Shown: piece after piece, positions 1 through 7,988 of the stretch
Layout: every line of letters starts with the position of its first letter
Position numbering within the stretch: position 1 is the stretch's first letter
DNA from: an uncultured Eubacteriales bacterium
Lineage (GTDB): Bacteria; Bacillota; Clostridia; Oscillospirales; CAG-272
NCBI GenBank assembly: GCA_934432725.1
Contig: CAKRZE010000001.1
Location: forward strand, 9,945-73,944
Direction of reading: 5' to 3'
DNA: 64,000 nt
Notes under the pieces: model-generated
The model's input: only the letters and a program-made list of their open reading frames with translations
Databases searched by the model: none
Told to the model about the DNA's origin: nothing
Program-made: the position numbers and the translations under genes

Positions 1-9
1 GAACTGCCG

Positions 10-35
10 AAAAAAACAGGCTGCCCCTGCAGTCC
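10..35 (-). terminator. putative intrinsic terminator downstream of the M15 peptidase gene
   Basis: On the minus strand, GGaCTGC-AGGG-GCAGCC forms a stem with one bulge and is followed by TGTTTTTTT. It lies ~95 nt after the stop at 131-133. Confidence 0.4.
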
Positions 36-130
36 GCGTTGTGACAGCAAGGACAATCTGCTATGACACAACGAAGCTGCAAGGGCAAACAGGGACTGTC
101 TGTACCGTGAATGCTGCGGGATTTTTGCTG

Positions 131-1051
131 TCAGCTCTCGTCGCACGCTTCCGCAATGCAGAGCGGACAGTTGTCATAGGAGGAGGTGATTCCGAGATAC
201 TCCTCCAGACATAGACCGCTTTGGTAGACCTCTGCGGCGATGTCTCTGCCGAGATAGCGCACATGCCACGGCTCATACCGATAGCCGGTCAGGGCTTCTT
301 TGTCTGCGGGGTAACGGATGATAAAGCCGTAGAGATGCGCGTTGGCGGCAAGCCATTTACCCTCGGGTGTTTCGCCGAAGCTGTATTCAAAGGAATTCAG
401 ATCAAGCGCAAGACCGCTTTGATGCTCCGAATGACCGGCGCGCGCGGAATAACGGTCGGCAGCTGCCGCTCCGTCCTTCTGCACATATCCGGCATAGATA
501 TACCTCTGATCATAATAGGAGCGGTAGTCGGAGCGGATGTAAAGCCTGATGCCGTCGTTTGAGGCAGCTGCTGCCATTTCCAAAAATGCCTGATAGCATT
601 CCGGAATGATTTTTCCAGGAGCATACGTTTCCGGGAGCGTATAGGTCTTATTGGCAATCAGAATCCCGTTTACATAGGTGATGCCGTCCTTTACCGTGAT
701 GGGATAGCCCTTTGCGGTCCTGTTTGGGGACGTTTCCGTTTCCGGAGGAGCTGTTTCCACGGGGGCTTCTTTTGTCTCATTCGGGGCGGTTTCCCGAGTT
801 TCTGTTTCCGGCGGCTGCGGCTCGGTTTCTCCGGCATCTTTTGTATCTGTTTTTTCTCCGGCTTCGGTGCCGGGGGCTGCGGGGAGGCTTTGATCCGGTA
901 TGAGCGCAGATTCGGTGCGGGACGGCTGATTGCCGGACGGTTCTGCCGATTCCGCGGCATAGGGACCCTTTTGGGCGCAGGATACATACAAAAACAGCGC
1001 GGTCAGCGCAAGAATTGAAAAGAAAACGTGCTTCCGGGATGCATGCAGCAT
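131..1051 (-). CDS. D-alanyl-D-alanine carboxypeptidase family protein (VanY / peptidase M15B-like), probable lipoprotein with a Pro/Glu/Thr-rich linker
   Basis: From ORF 131..1156. Start moved to the internal ATG at 1049-1051 (MLHASRKHVFFSILALTALFLYVSC signal, lipobox-like). M15B motifs SEHQSGLALDLN and YEPWHVRYLG are present. The linker is low-complexity PETET-rich. Confidence 0.8.
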   Translation of the reverse strand: MLHASRKHVFFSILALTALFLYVSCAQKGPYAAESAEPSGNQPSRTESALIPDQSLPAAPGTEAGEKTDTKDAGETEPQPPETETRETAPNETKEAPVETAPPETETSPNRTAKGYPITVKDGITYVNGILIANKTYTLPETYAPGKIIPECYQAFLEMAAAASNDGIRLYIRSDYRSYYDQRYIYAGYVQKDGAAAADRYSARAGHSEHQSGLALDLNSFEYSFGETPEGKWLAANAHLYGFIIRYPADKEALTGYRYEPWHVRYLGRDIAAEVYQSGLCLEEYLGITSSYDNCPLCIAEACDES

Positions 1052-1134
1052 GGAATATGACTCCTTTCGGCGGCAAAAAGCTTGTTTTTTTCGGACGGCT
1101 TCGGCAACGGCGCAGAGCCGTATGCATTTTTCAC

Positions 1135-1163
1135 AGTATAGCACGTTTCCGCGCACATATCAA
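1135..1163 (-). promoter_or_regulatory. sigma-A type promoter for the M15 peptidase gene
   Basis: Minus strand reads TTGATA (1158-1163), 17 nt spacer, TATACT (1135-1140). Confidence 0.5.
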
Positions 1164-1743
1164 GACTCCGGAAAGATTTTGTCGGGTCAGACCGCCGAAG
1201 CGGGAAAAGCGTGCGGTTCTATCGATTTCATTCCTGCAGGAGAGGAACGAAGGCGCTTTTTTTTTCGGAGGGGAAAATGCGCGGCGGAGAACTTTGCAGA
1301 GGCTGTAATCGTCTCCTTGAGGGATGCCTTCAGATGCCGGAAGGCGGTCCCGGCGGAGGGAGAGAAAGCGGCGCACCGCGTTTTGGGGACAGAAGACGCA
1401 GGCGTATCCCTGTAGAGCTTGTCCGGCGGGCAAGAGCGGATGCCTTGGGGACTTGTAAGAGGCAGATGCAGCTTCGGTCCTTTCCGGAAAAACGGACCTT
1501 AAACCGCAGAAGGACCGGTGATATGTCCGCTGAGATGGGGGGCCGGGGAGACACCGCACTGTGCGAAGCCTTGGATGCTCCGTTTCGGTACGCTTCCGGC
1601 TTTTACGTCTCTTATTTGGCAGCATTCACGGTCTGCCTTTTCCGGGAACTGTCGGGCGGAAAGGGGAGGCTTTGTCGCTGTTTCACAAAAATGGGGAATG
1701 ATTTTTTATGTCGGTATTCGCATATCGATATACGAAAATTGTA

Positions 1744-1772
1744 TTGCAATCAAGGATGCCGTGTGCTATAAT
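1744..1772 (+). promoter_or_regulatory. sigma-A type promoter (extended -10) upstream of rex
   Basis: TTGCAA (1744-1749), 17 nt spacer, TGcTATAAT (-10 at 1767-1772). This leaves a ~135 nt leader before ATG 1913. Confidence 0.55.
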
Positions 1773-1912
1773 AAATTGAGTCAGGCTTGTCGATTTCAGC
1801 GCGGTTCCGACAGACGGTTCTGGATCAAAAGCTTTGAGTTTCGGTATATTCCGCGGTTTTTTGGGGTTTGAATGCCGACTGCGGAGAATACTAAGCGGGA
1901 AGGGGTCGCAAA

Positions 1913-2569
1913 ATGAGCGAAAAATCAGAAAAGCAGATATCAATGCAAACGATGCGGCGGCTTCCGGTCTATCTGCATTATCTGAGATCAATATGCGGCA
2001 GGCAGGAAACGGTTTCCGCAACGATGATTGCCGCAGTGTTCGGCTTGAACGATGTGCAGGTCCGGAAGGATCTGAGCGCTGTCAGCGGCAGCGGAAAGCC
2101 AAAGACCGGATATGTTACATCCGAGCTTTTGGGGCAGATCGAAGCCTGCCTCGGCTGCGCGGCGCAGACAAAAATGATTCTGGTCGGCGCAGGACATCTT
2201 GGGCAGGCACTTTTGTCCTATGAGGGCTTTGGCGATTACGGTTTTTCCATTGCGGCTGCCTTTGACCGGGATGAAGCGCTTTGCATGCGGCGGATTGCCG
2301 GCAAAATGATTTATCCGGTTTGCGATATTGAGCCGTTCTGCAGGAAAGAGAATATCAGTCTTGCCATTATTGCCACGCCCGTACAGGCTGCCCAGGAGGT
2401 CTGCGATCTTCTTGTGGCATGCGGAATCACGGCGATCTGGAATTTTGCGCCCGCCATACTGAGGACTCCGTCCGGCGTGCTGGTGGAAAATGAAAATCTC
2501 GCTTCCTCACTTGCCGTATTGGCGCGCCATCTGCACGCCACGGCTCCTGTGCGGCAGAGAGAGCGATAA
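1913..2569 (+). CDS. rex: redox-sensing transcriptional repressor Rex
   Basis: N-terminus ...RRLPVYLHYLRSI...VSATMIAAVFGLNDVQVRKDLS is a Rex winged-helix signature. It is followed by the Rossmann motif LVGAGHLGQAL. Size is 218 aa. Confidence 0.85.
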   Translation: MSEKSEKQISMQTMRRLPVYLHYLRSICGRQETVSATMIAAVFGLNDVQVRKDLSAVSGSGKPKTGYVTSELLGQIEACLGCAAQTKMILVGAGHLGQALLSYEGFGDYGFSIAAAFDRDEALCMRRIAGKMIYPVCDIEPFCRKENISLAIIATPVQAAQEVCDLLVACGITAIWNFAPAILRTPSGVLVENENLASSLAVLARHLHATAPVRQRER

Positions 2570-2638
2570 TCTGTGCCGGCGCCTGTTATAAGCACTCCGG
2601 AGCGGTTGCCGCGAAATCAAGAAAGGACAGACTGTGAC

Positions 2639-3562
2639 ATGAATCTTCTTCATTTGAAGTATGCGGTGGAGGTTGCCAAAACTTCTTCCATAACCAAAGC
2701 AGCCGAAAATCTGTATATGGGGCAGCCGAATCTGTCCCGTGCCATACGGGAGCTGGAGGAGGACCTCGGCATAGAAATATTCATCCGCTCCTCCAAGGGA
2801 ATTACGCCGACACCGCAGGGGGAGGAGTTTCTTCGGTACGCCCGCTCTATCCTTGCTCAGGTGGATGCGGTCGAAAAGCGGTATCGGGAAAAGGTTCCCT
2901 CCGAGCTGGTATTTTCCGTTTCCGTGCCTCGGGCAAGCTATATTTCCTGTGCCTTTACCGATTTCGTGGAAAAGCTGGGTTCCGGTCGGAGCATGGAGCT
3001 TTTATACAAGGAAACCAATGCCATGCGCGCGGTGCAGAATATTATAGAATCCAATTACCGGCTTGGAATTGTAAGGTATCTGTCCGGCTATGACCGGCAG
3101 TTCAAGGAGCTGCTTTCCGAGAAGGGCTTGACCGGTGAATTGATCTGGGAGTTCCGGCATGAGGCGCTTGCCTCCGAGCACAGCCCGCTTGCCGCAAAGG
3201 AAACCTATCTGCCGTTCGACCTTTCCGATCTGATCGAAATAGCACACGGCGATCCGTTTGTTCCCTCCGTGCCGGTCAGCGAGGTGCGGCGGGAGGAAAT
3301 GTCCGGACAGGCAAAGCGCCGTATTTTCGTATTTGAAAGAGGGAGCCAGTTTGATCTGCTCAGCCGGATTCCGGAATCTTTTATGCTTGTCTCTCCGCTT
3401 CCGGAGCGGCTTTTGAAAAAGCACGGGCTGGTGCTTCGCAAGTGTGCAGAGGAACAGAAAAAGTATCGGGATCTTTTAATATACAAAAAAGATTATAAAT
3501 TTTCGGATACAGATCTGTGCTTTATTGATGAATTGATGAAATACAAAAGAATGCTTTCCTGA
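2639..3562 (+). CDS. LysR family transcriptional regulator
   Basis: From ORF 2573..3562, start moved to ATG 2639. MNLLHLKYAVEVAKTSSITKAAENLYMGQPNLSRAIRELEEDLGIEIF is a canonical LysR HTH. A substrate-binding-type C-terminal domain follows. Confidence 0.85.
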   Translation: MNLLHLKYAVEVAKTSSITKAAENLYMGQPNLSRAIRELEEDLGIEIFIRSSKGITPTPQGEEFLRYARSILAQVDAVEKRYREKVPSELVFSVSVPRASYISCAFTDFVEKLGSGRSMELLYKETNAMRAVQNIIESNYRLGIVRYLSGYDRQFKELLSEKGLTGELIWEFRHEALASEHSPLAAKETYLPFDLSDLIEIAHGDPFVPSVPVSEVRREEMSGQAKRRIFVFERGSQFDLLSRIPESFMLVSPLPERLLKKHGLVLRKCAEEQKKYRDLLIYKKDYKFSDTDLCFIDELMKYKRMLS

Positions 3563-3655
3563 TGCGGACTGCAAGCATACCGGAATGTGCGTTTGTCAGC
3601 GTATGTTTCGGAGGGAAGCCGGAAAATTACCGTACAACGGGCAGGAGGAATAAAA

Positions 3656-4408
3656 TTGCAGGCAGACAGGATTTTGTCGGTGCGGACGGACCGCACGGTT
3701 TATTTGTGCGGAGATATTGCCGTGAAGGTATTTCCGAAGGAGGAGAAAGCGGGAGCGGTTTTCGCAGAGGCGGCGAGTCTTGCGGCGGCAGCGGACGGCG
3801 GGCTGTACGTGCCGGAGCTGGTTGCGGTCAGAAAGCAAAAGCTGCATTGGACCGTTGAAACGGCGTATGCGGAAGGCAAGACTCTGAATCAGCTGATTGC
3901 GGAGTCTCCGGATATGAAAGAGCGGTATTTTGCCGATATGGCGGAGCTCATGGCTGAGGTGCATCGCTCCGGGACGGTATTTTCCGGACGGCTGACCGAA
4001 CGCATTGCAGAAAATATCCGGGCAGCGGAGCTTGATTCCGGCGCAGAGTCACGGCTGACTGCGTATCTTTATGCTTTGCCGAAGGGAGATGCGCCGTGTC
4101 ACTGCGATTTTATGCCGGAAAATCTGATCCGGACGGAAAAGGGGCAGATCTGTATTCTGGATTGGGAGGATGCCGCAATGGGAAATCCGCTGGCAGATGC
4201 GGCATTCACCTATCTTCGTTTGACACTGGAGGGGAAATGCAGGGATGCGGAGATCTGGCTGAAGCAGTGCTGCGAGGTCAGCCGCTGTCTGCCGGAGCGC
4301 GTGACGGAGTGGTTTCCGGTTTGTGCTGCGGCGCTTTGCCGTGCCTGTCTTGCGCCGTGCCGCGCAGAAGAGTACGGAATGCTTTCCGGATATTTTGCCG
4401 GGATTTGA
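3656..4408 (+). CDS. phosphotransferase-family protein (APH / choline-kinase, protein-kinase-like fold)
   Basis: From ORF 3587..4408. The in-frame TTG at 3656 lies 7 nt after AGGAGG (3643-3648), so I chose it as start; GTG 3587 remains possible. Catalytic-loop motif HCDFMPENLI (HxDxxxxN) and ILDWED are present. Confidence 0.65.
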   Translation: MQADRILSVRTDRTVYLCGDIAVKVFPKEEKAGAVFAEAASLAAAADGGLYVPELVAVRKQKLHWTVETAYAEGKTLNQLIAESPDMKERYFADMAELMAEVHRSGTVFSGRLTERIAENIRAAELDSGAESRLTAYLYALPKGDAPCHCDFMPENLIRTEKGQICILDWEDAAMGNPLADAAFTYLRLTLEGKCRDAEIWLKQCCEVSRCLPERVTEWFPVCAAALCRACLAPCRAEEYGMLSGYFAGI

Positions 4409-4675
4409 GGCAAGGCTGAACCGGATTTTTCGTTGGATTCCTATAAAAATATTTTTCCGGCTGCGGCTGTCGGAGAAAAGAGCGTACTGCCGGAAAAAGG
4501 CAGTCTGTAAGATTTATATGCGGATCGGACCGTGCGGCGGGGCGGTCTCAACCGGACGGGCAGTATAGACGGTCCTGTGTGAATTCTTTCGCGGAAATAA
4601 AAGAATGCCGCCGCGAAACAATACGGAAATCAATAAAACTATATTGTTTTGATTGGGAAGGAATGGTGATTTTCA

Positions 4676-4921
4676 GTGAAAATCGTGATTTGCATCGGAA
4701 GCTCCTGTCATTTGAAGGGGTCAAGACAGGTGGTGGAGGCGCTTCAGACGCTTGTATCACAGCACAGCCTGCAGGATAAGATCGAGCTTTCCGGAACCTT
4801 TTGTATGGGGAAATGTCAGACCGGTGTCAACGTGACGGTTGACGGAGCGCCGTATTCCGTGCAGCCGGATACGGTAGACAGCTTTTTTAAGCAGACGGTG
4901 CTTCCTGCGTTCCGTCCGTGA
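4676..4921 (+). CDS. small thioredoxin-like [2Fe-2S] ferredoxin-domain protein (NuoE/HndA-like; hfsA-like position)
   Basis: 81 aa with a GTG start. Four Cys are arranged as CIGSSC ... CMGKC. It sits immediately upstream of the sensory-type hydrogenase. Confidence 0.65.
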   Translation: MKIVICIGSSCHLKGSRQVVEALQTLVSQHSLQDKIELSGTFCMGKCQTGVNVTVDGAPYSVQPDTVDSFFKQTVLPAFRP

Positions 4922-5133
4922 GGACTTGGGGGCAGAACGGGACGGGGCGCTTCTTGAGAAGAATCATGCTGCTCTGAAAAACCGCCTTTTGGTTTCGCAG
5001 GCACGATATTTCGGTGTAAACGGCAGGCGGCGGAACCGCCGTGCATCGCTTTAGGAATCAAAGAAACAATGCCGCGAATTCGAAGCAGGGAAATATGAGC
5101 GCTTTTGTGCAGACAAAAACGGAGGCTGTAGTG

Positions 5134-6819
5134 ATGAGTGAAGTTCTTAAACTGAAGAAATCAAACTGTAAAAACTGTTATAAATGCATCCGGCACTGCC
5201 CGGTAAAGTCCATTCGTTTTTCCGGGAATCAGGCACATATCGTGGGGGATGAGTGCATTCTGTGCGGTCATTGCTTTGTGGTATGTCCGCAGAATGCCAA
5301 GCAGATTGCAGACGGTACGGAAGCGGTTCGCGTGCTTTTGTGCTCCGATGCGCCGGTCGTGGCAAGCGTAGCACCGTCTTTTTCCGCATATTTTGAAGGA
5401 GTGAGCTTTGGTTCGCTTCGTGAGGCGCTCAAAAAGCTCGGCTTTGCGGATGCAGAGGAGACGGCAGTCGGGGCAACTCTTGTGAAGCGGGAATATGAAA
5501 AGCAGCTTCTTGCGCATACGGAAAGCGTGATCATAACCTCCTGCTGCCATTCGGTCAATCTTCTGATCGAAAAATACTATCCCCGGCTTCTCGGCTGCCT
5601 GTCTCCCGTTGTGTCCCCGATGATTGCACACAGCATGGATATCAAGCGCCGCAATTCCGCTTGCAGGACGGTATTTATCGGTCCCTGCCTTTCCAAAAAG
5701 GATGAGGCTGAGAACACGGCTGTGGATGCGGTGCTGACCTTTGACGAGCTGAGCAGAATGCTTGCCGAGCACGGGATCGTCCCGGAGGAGCGTGCAGAGC
5801 CGCTGGAAAAGAGCCGCGCACGCCTGTTTCCGGTTGTCGGCGGTATCCTGAAAACAATGGATATTCCCGCAAAGACTCCGTATACGCTTATGACCATAGA
5901 CGGAGCGGAAAATTGCCGCCGGGCACTTGAGGATATTGCTGCCGGCAATATCAGGGATTGCTTTATTGAAATGTCGGCATGTTCCGGAGGCTGTATCGGC
6001 GGACCTGTCATGGAAAAGTACAAGAATGCACCGATCCGGCATTATCAGGTCGTAACGGCACAGGCGGGAAAAGAGGATTTTGACGTGGCGGAAGCGGATA
6101 CCGGTATGATGGCATGTGAGTTTGCGGACAGACATGCGGAAACGCCGATGCCCTCGGAGGCGGATATTATCGGCATTTTGAAGAAAACCGGGAAAAACAA
6201 GCCGGAGGATGAGCTGAACTGCGGCTGCTGCGGCTATGATACCTGCCGCGAAAAAGCAATTGCGGTGTGGCAGGGGAAGGCGGATATCAGCATGTGCCTG
6301 CCGTATCTGACCGAGAAAACCGAGCGTTTTTCCAATAATATTCTGCAAAACACCCCGATCGGCATTGTTGTCGTCAACGATGACCTTGAGGTCCAGCAGA
6401 TCAACAGCGCGGCGATGAAGATGCTGAACGTTACATATGCTTCGGATGTACTGGGAGATCAGGTGGTCCGGATTCTGGACCCTACGCCGTTCTTCGGCGT
6501 GCTGGACAGCGGCAGGGCACTGAACCGGCAGCGGGATTACAATGCGGAGGTGGGCAGATATCTGGAGCTTTCCATTGTGCCGGACCGCGTCAGCCATATT
6601 TTGATTGCGATTCTGCGTGATGTTACGGAAGAGGAAGAAGAGCGTCAGAAGAAGAAGGAGCTGGGCAGACAGACGGTGGAGGTCGCCGATAAGGTGGTCG
6701 ATAAGCAGATGCGGATTGTACAGGAGATCGCATCGCTTCTCGGCGAAACGGCTGCGGAAACCAAAATTGCTCTGACCAAACTGAAGGAGACTATAACAAA
6801 TGAGGACGGAGACAAATAA
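5134..6819 (+). CDS. sensory-type [FeFe] hydrogenase-like protein with C-terminal PAS domain (HydS / hfsB-like)
   Basis: From ORF 5041..6819, start moved to ATG 5134 after GGAGG (5121-5125). There are N-terminal ferredoxin-type Cys clusters (CKNCYKCIRHCP, CILCGHCFVVCP). H-cluster-like motifs are TSCCH, GPCLSKKDE and EMSACSGGCIGGP. A further Cys cluster is CGCCGYDTC. The C-terminal segment (NTPIGIVVVNDDLEVQQINSAAMKML...) is PAS-like. Confidence 0.75.
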   Translation: MSEVLKLKKSNCKNCYKCIRHCPVKSIRFSGNQAHIVGDECILCGHCFVVCPQNAKQIADGTEAVRVLLCSDAPVVASVAPSFSAYFEGVSFGSLREALKKLGFADAEETAVGATLVKREYEKQLLAHTESVIITSCCHSVNLLIEKYYPRLLGCLSPVVSPMIAHSMDIKRRNSACRTVFIGPCLSKKDEAENTAVDAVLTFDELSRMLAEHGIVPEERAEPLEKSRARLFPVVGGILKTMDIPAKTPYTLMTIDGAENCRRALEDIAAGNIRDCFIEMSACSGGCIGGPVMEKYKNAPIRHYQVVTAQAGKEDFDVAEADTGMMACEFADRHAETPMPSEADIIGILKKTGKNKPEDELNCGCCGYDTCREKAIAVWQGKADISMCLPYLTEKTERFSNNILQNTPIGIVVVNDDLEVQQINSAAMKMLNVTYASDVLGDQVVRILDPTPFFGVLDSGRALNRQRDYNAEVGRYLELSIVPDRVSHILIAILRDVTEEEEERQKKKELGRQTVEVADKVVDKQMRIVQEIASLLGETAAETKIALTKLKETITNEDGDK

Positions 6820-7987
6820 CCTGTGTGCCGATATCGGCTATATGAGCCTGCTGCATGCGGATGAGCAGCTCTGCGGGGATCATGTCGAGGTTGTGGAGCA
6901 GACGGGAGAAAATTCCACGGTGATCGTGCTGGCAGACGGTCTGGGAAGCGGTGTCAAGGCGAGCATCCTGTCCACGCTGACCTCCAAAATCATTGCAACG
7001 ATGCTTTCGGCTGGGCTGAAGCTGGAGGATTGTGTGGAAACCATCGCCGCAACACTTCCGGTTTGTTCGGTACGCGGCGTTGCATATTCTACATTTACGA
7101 TCATCCGGCTGGTCCATAACGAGAGAGCGGAAATTATTCAGTATGACAATCCGCGCGTGATCCTGCTGCGCGACGGAAAAAATCTTGAATTTCCGGTTAC
7201 CATGCTGGACATCGGCGGTAAAAAGATTTACCGAAGCGATGTGGTGCTGAAAAAGGGAGACGTTTTTCTTGCGTTCAGTGACGGTGTGGAGCATGCCGGC
7301 GTCGGAGGAATCTATAATTTCGGCTGGAAAAGAGAAGATATCATATCTTATATGGAGACCTTCTGGCATGTCGGCTTTACGGCGAAGACTCTGACAACAA
7401 TTTTGCTGGAGCAGGTCAATAAGCTTTATGAAGGAAAGCCGGGGGACGATGCAACGGTCTGCACCGTGCGCATCCGGGAACGCGTGCCGATGAATCTCCT
7501 GTTCGGACCTCCTTCCAACCGGGATGATTGCCGGAAGATGATGTCATTGTTTTTTGCAAAAAGCGGCAAGCATATCATTTGCGGCGGAACCACCTCTGCA
7601 ATTGCCGCGGACTTTCTGAAAAAGCCGCTGAAGCCGGATTTGACCTATCAGGACCCCGAAATCCCCCCTACTGCAACGCTTGAGGGGGTCGATCTTGTGA
7701 CAGAGGGCGTGATTACGGTGAACCGCGTGCTTTCCTATGCAAAGAACTATCTGGAGGATAACAAGTCCTATGAGCAGTGGAGCTGCCGCCAGGACGGAGC
7801 CTCCAAAATAGCGCGGCTTCTTTTTGAGGAAGCAACGGATATTAACTTTTTTGTGGGGCGGGCAATCAACCCCGCACACCAGAACCCGGATCTGCCGATT
7901 AACTTCAGCATAAAAATGCGGCTGGTCGAGGAGTTGTCGGAGTGCCTCAAGAAAATGGGAAAGAGAGTAAAGGTAAGTTATTTCTGA
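6800..7987 (+). CDS. PP2C / SpoIIE-family serine phosphatase (hfsC-like)
   Basis: 395 aa, overlapping the preceding stop by 20 nt. PP2C-type metal-site segments are CGDHVEV...VIVLADGLGSGVKASILS and FLAFSDGVEH. Confidence 0.7.
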   Translation: MRTETNNLCADIGYMSLLHADEQLCGDHVEVVEQTGENSTVIVLADGLGSGVKASILSTLTSKIIATMLSAGLKLEDCVETIAATLPVCSVRGVAYSTFTIIRLVHNERAEIIQYDNPRVILLRDGKNLEFPVTMLDIGGKKIYRSDVVLKKGDVFLAFSDGVEHAGVGGIYNFGWKREDIISYMETFWHVGFTAKTLTTILLEQVNKLYEGKPGDDATVCTVRIRERVPMNLLFGPPSNRDDCRKMMSLFFAKSGKHIICGGTTSAIAADFLKKPLKPDLTYQDPEIPPTATLEGVDLVTEGVITVNRVLSYAKNYLEDNKSYEQWSCRQDGASKIARLLFEEATDINFFVGRAINPAHQNPDLPINFSIKMRLVEELSECLKKMGKRVKVSYF

Positions 7988-7988
7988 T

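Noticed and set aside
1671-1690. Possible Rex operator TTTGTCGCTGTTTCACAAAA upstream of rex.
   Set aside because: Only the right half-site (TTCACAA) fits the TTGTGAA-N4-TTCACAA consensus. The left half and the spacing do not, and it lies ~55 nt upstream of the -35.
3587-3655. GTG 3587 as the start of the kinase-like gene (the ORF-track start).
   Set aside because: It has no SD. The in-frame TTG 3656 has AGGAGG at ideal spacing. The first 23 codons (MRLSAYVSEGSRKITVQRAGGIK) look non-native. The choice remains uncertain.
4576-4625. TGTGAATTC half-site and a TTTCGCGG...CCGCGAAA inverted repeat upstream of the hydrogenase operon, as a Rex box.
   Set aside because: There is a single half-site only, and the inverted repeat does not resemble the Rex consensus. 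I kept it as an unverified possibility inside the hydrogenase-locus finding.
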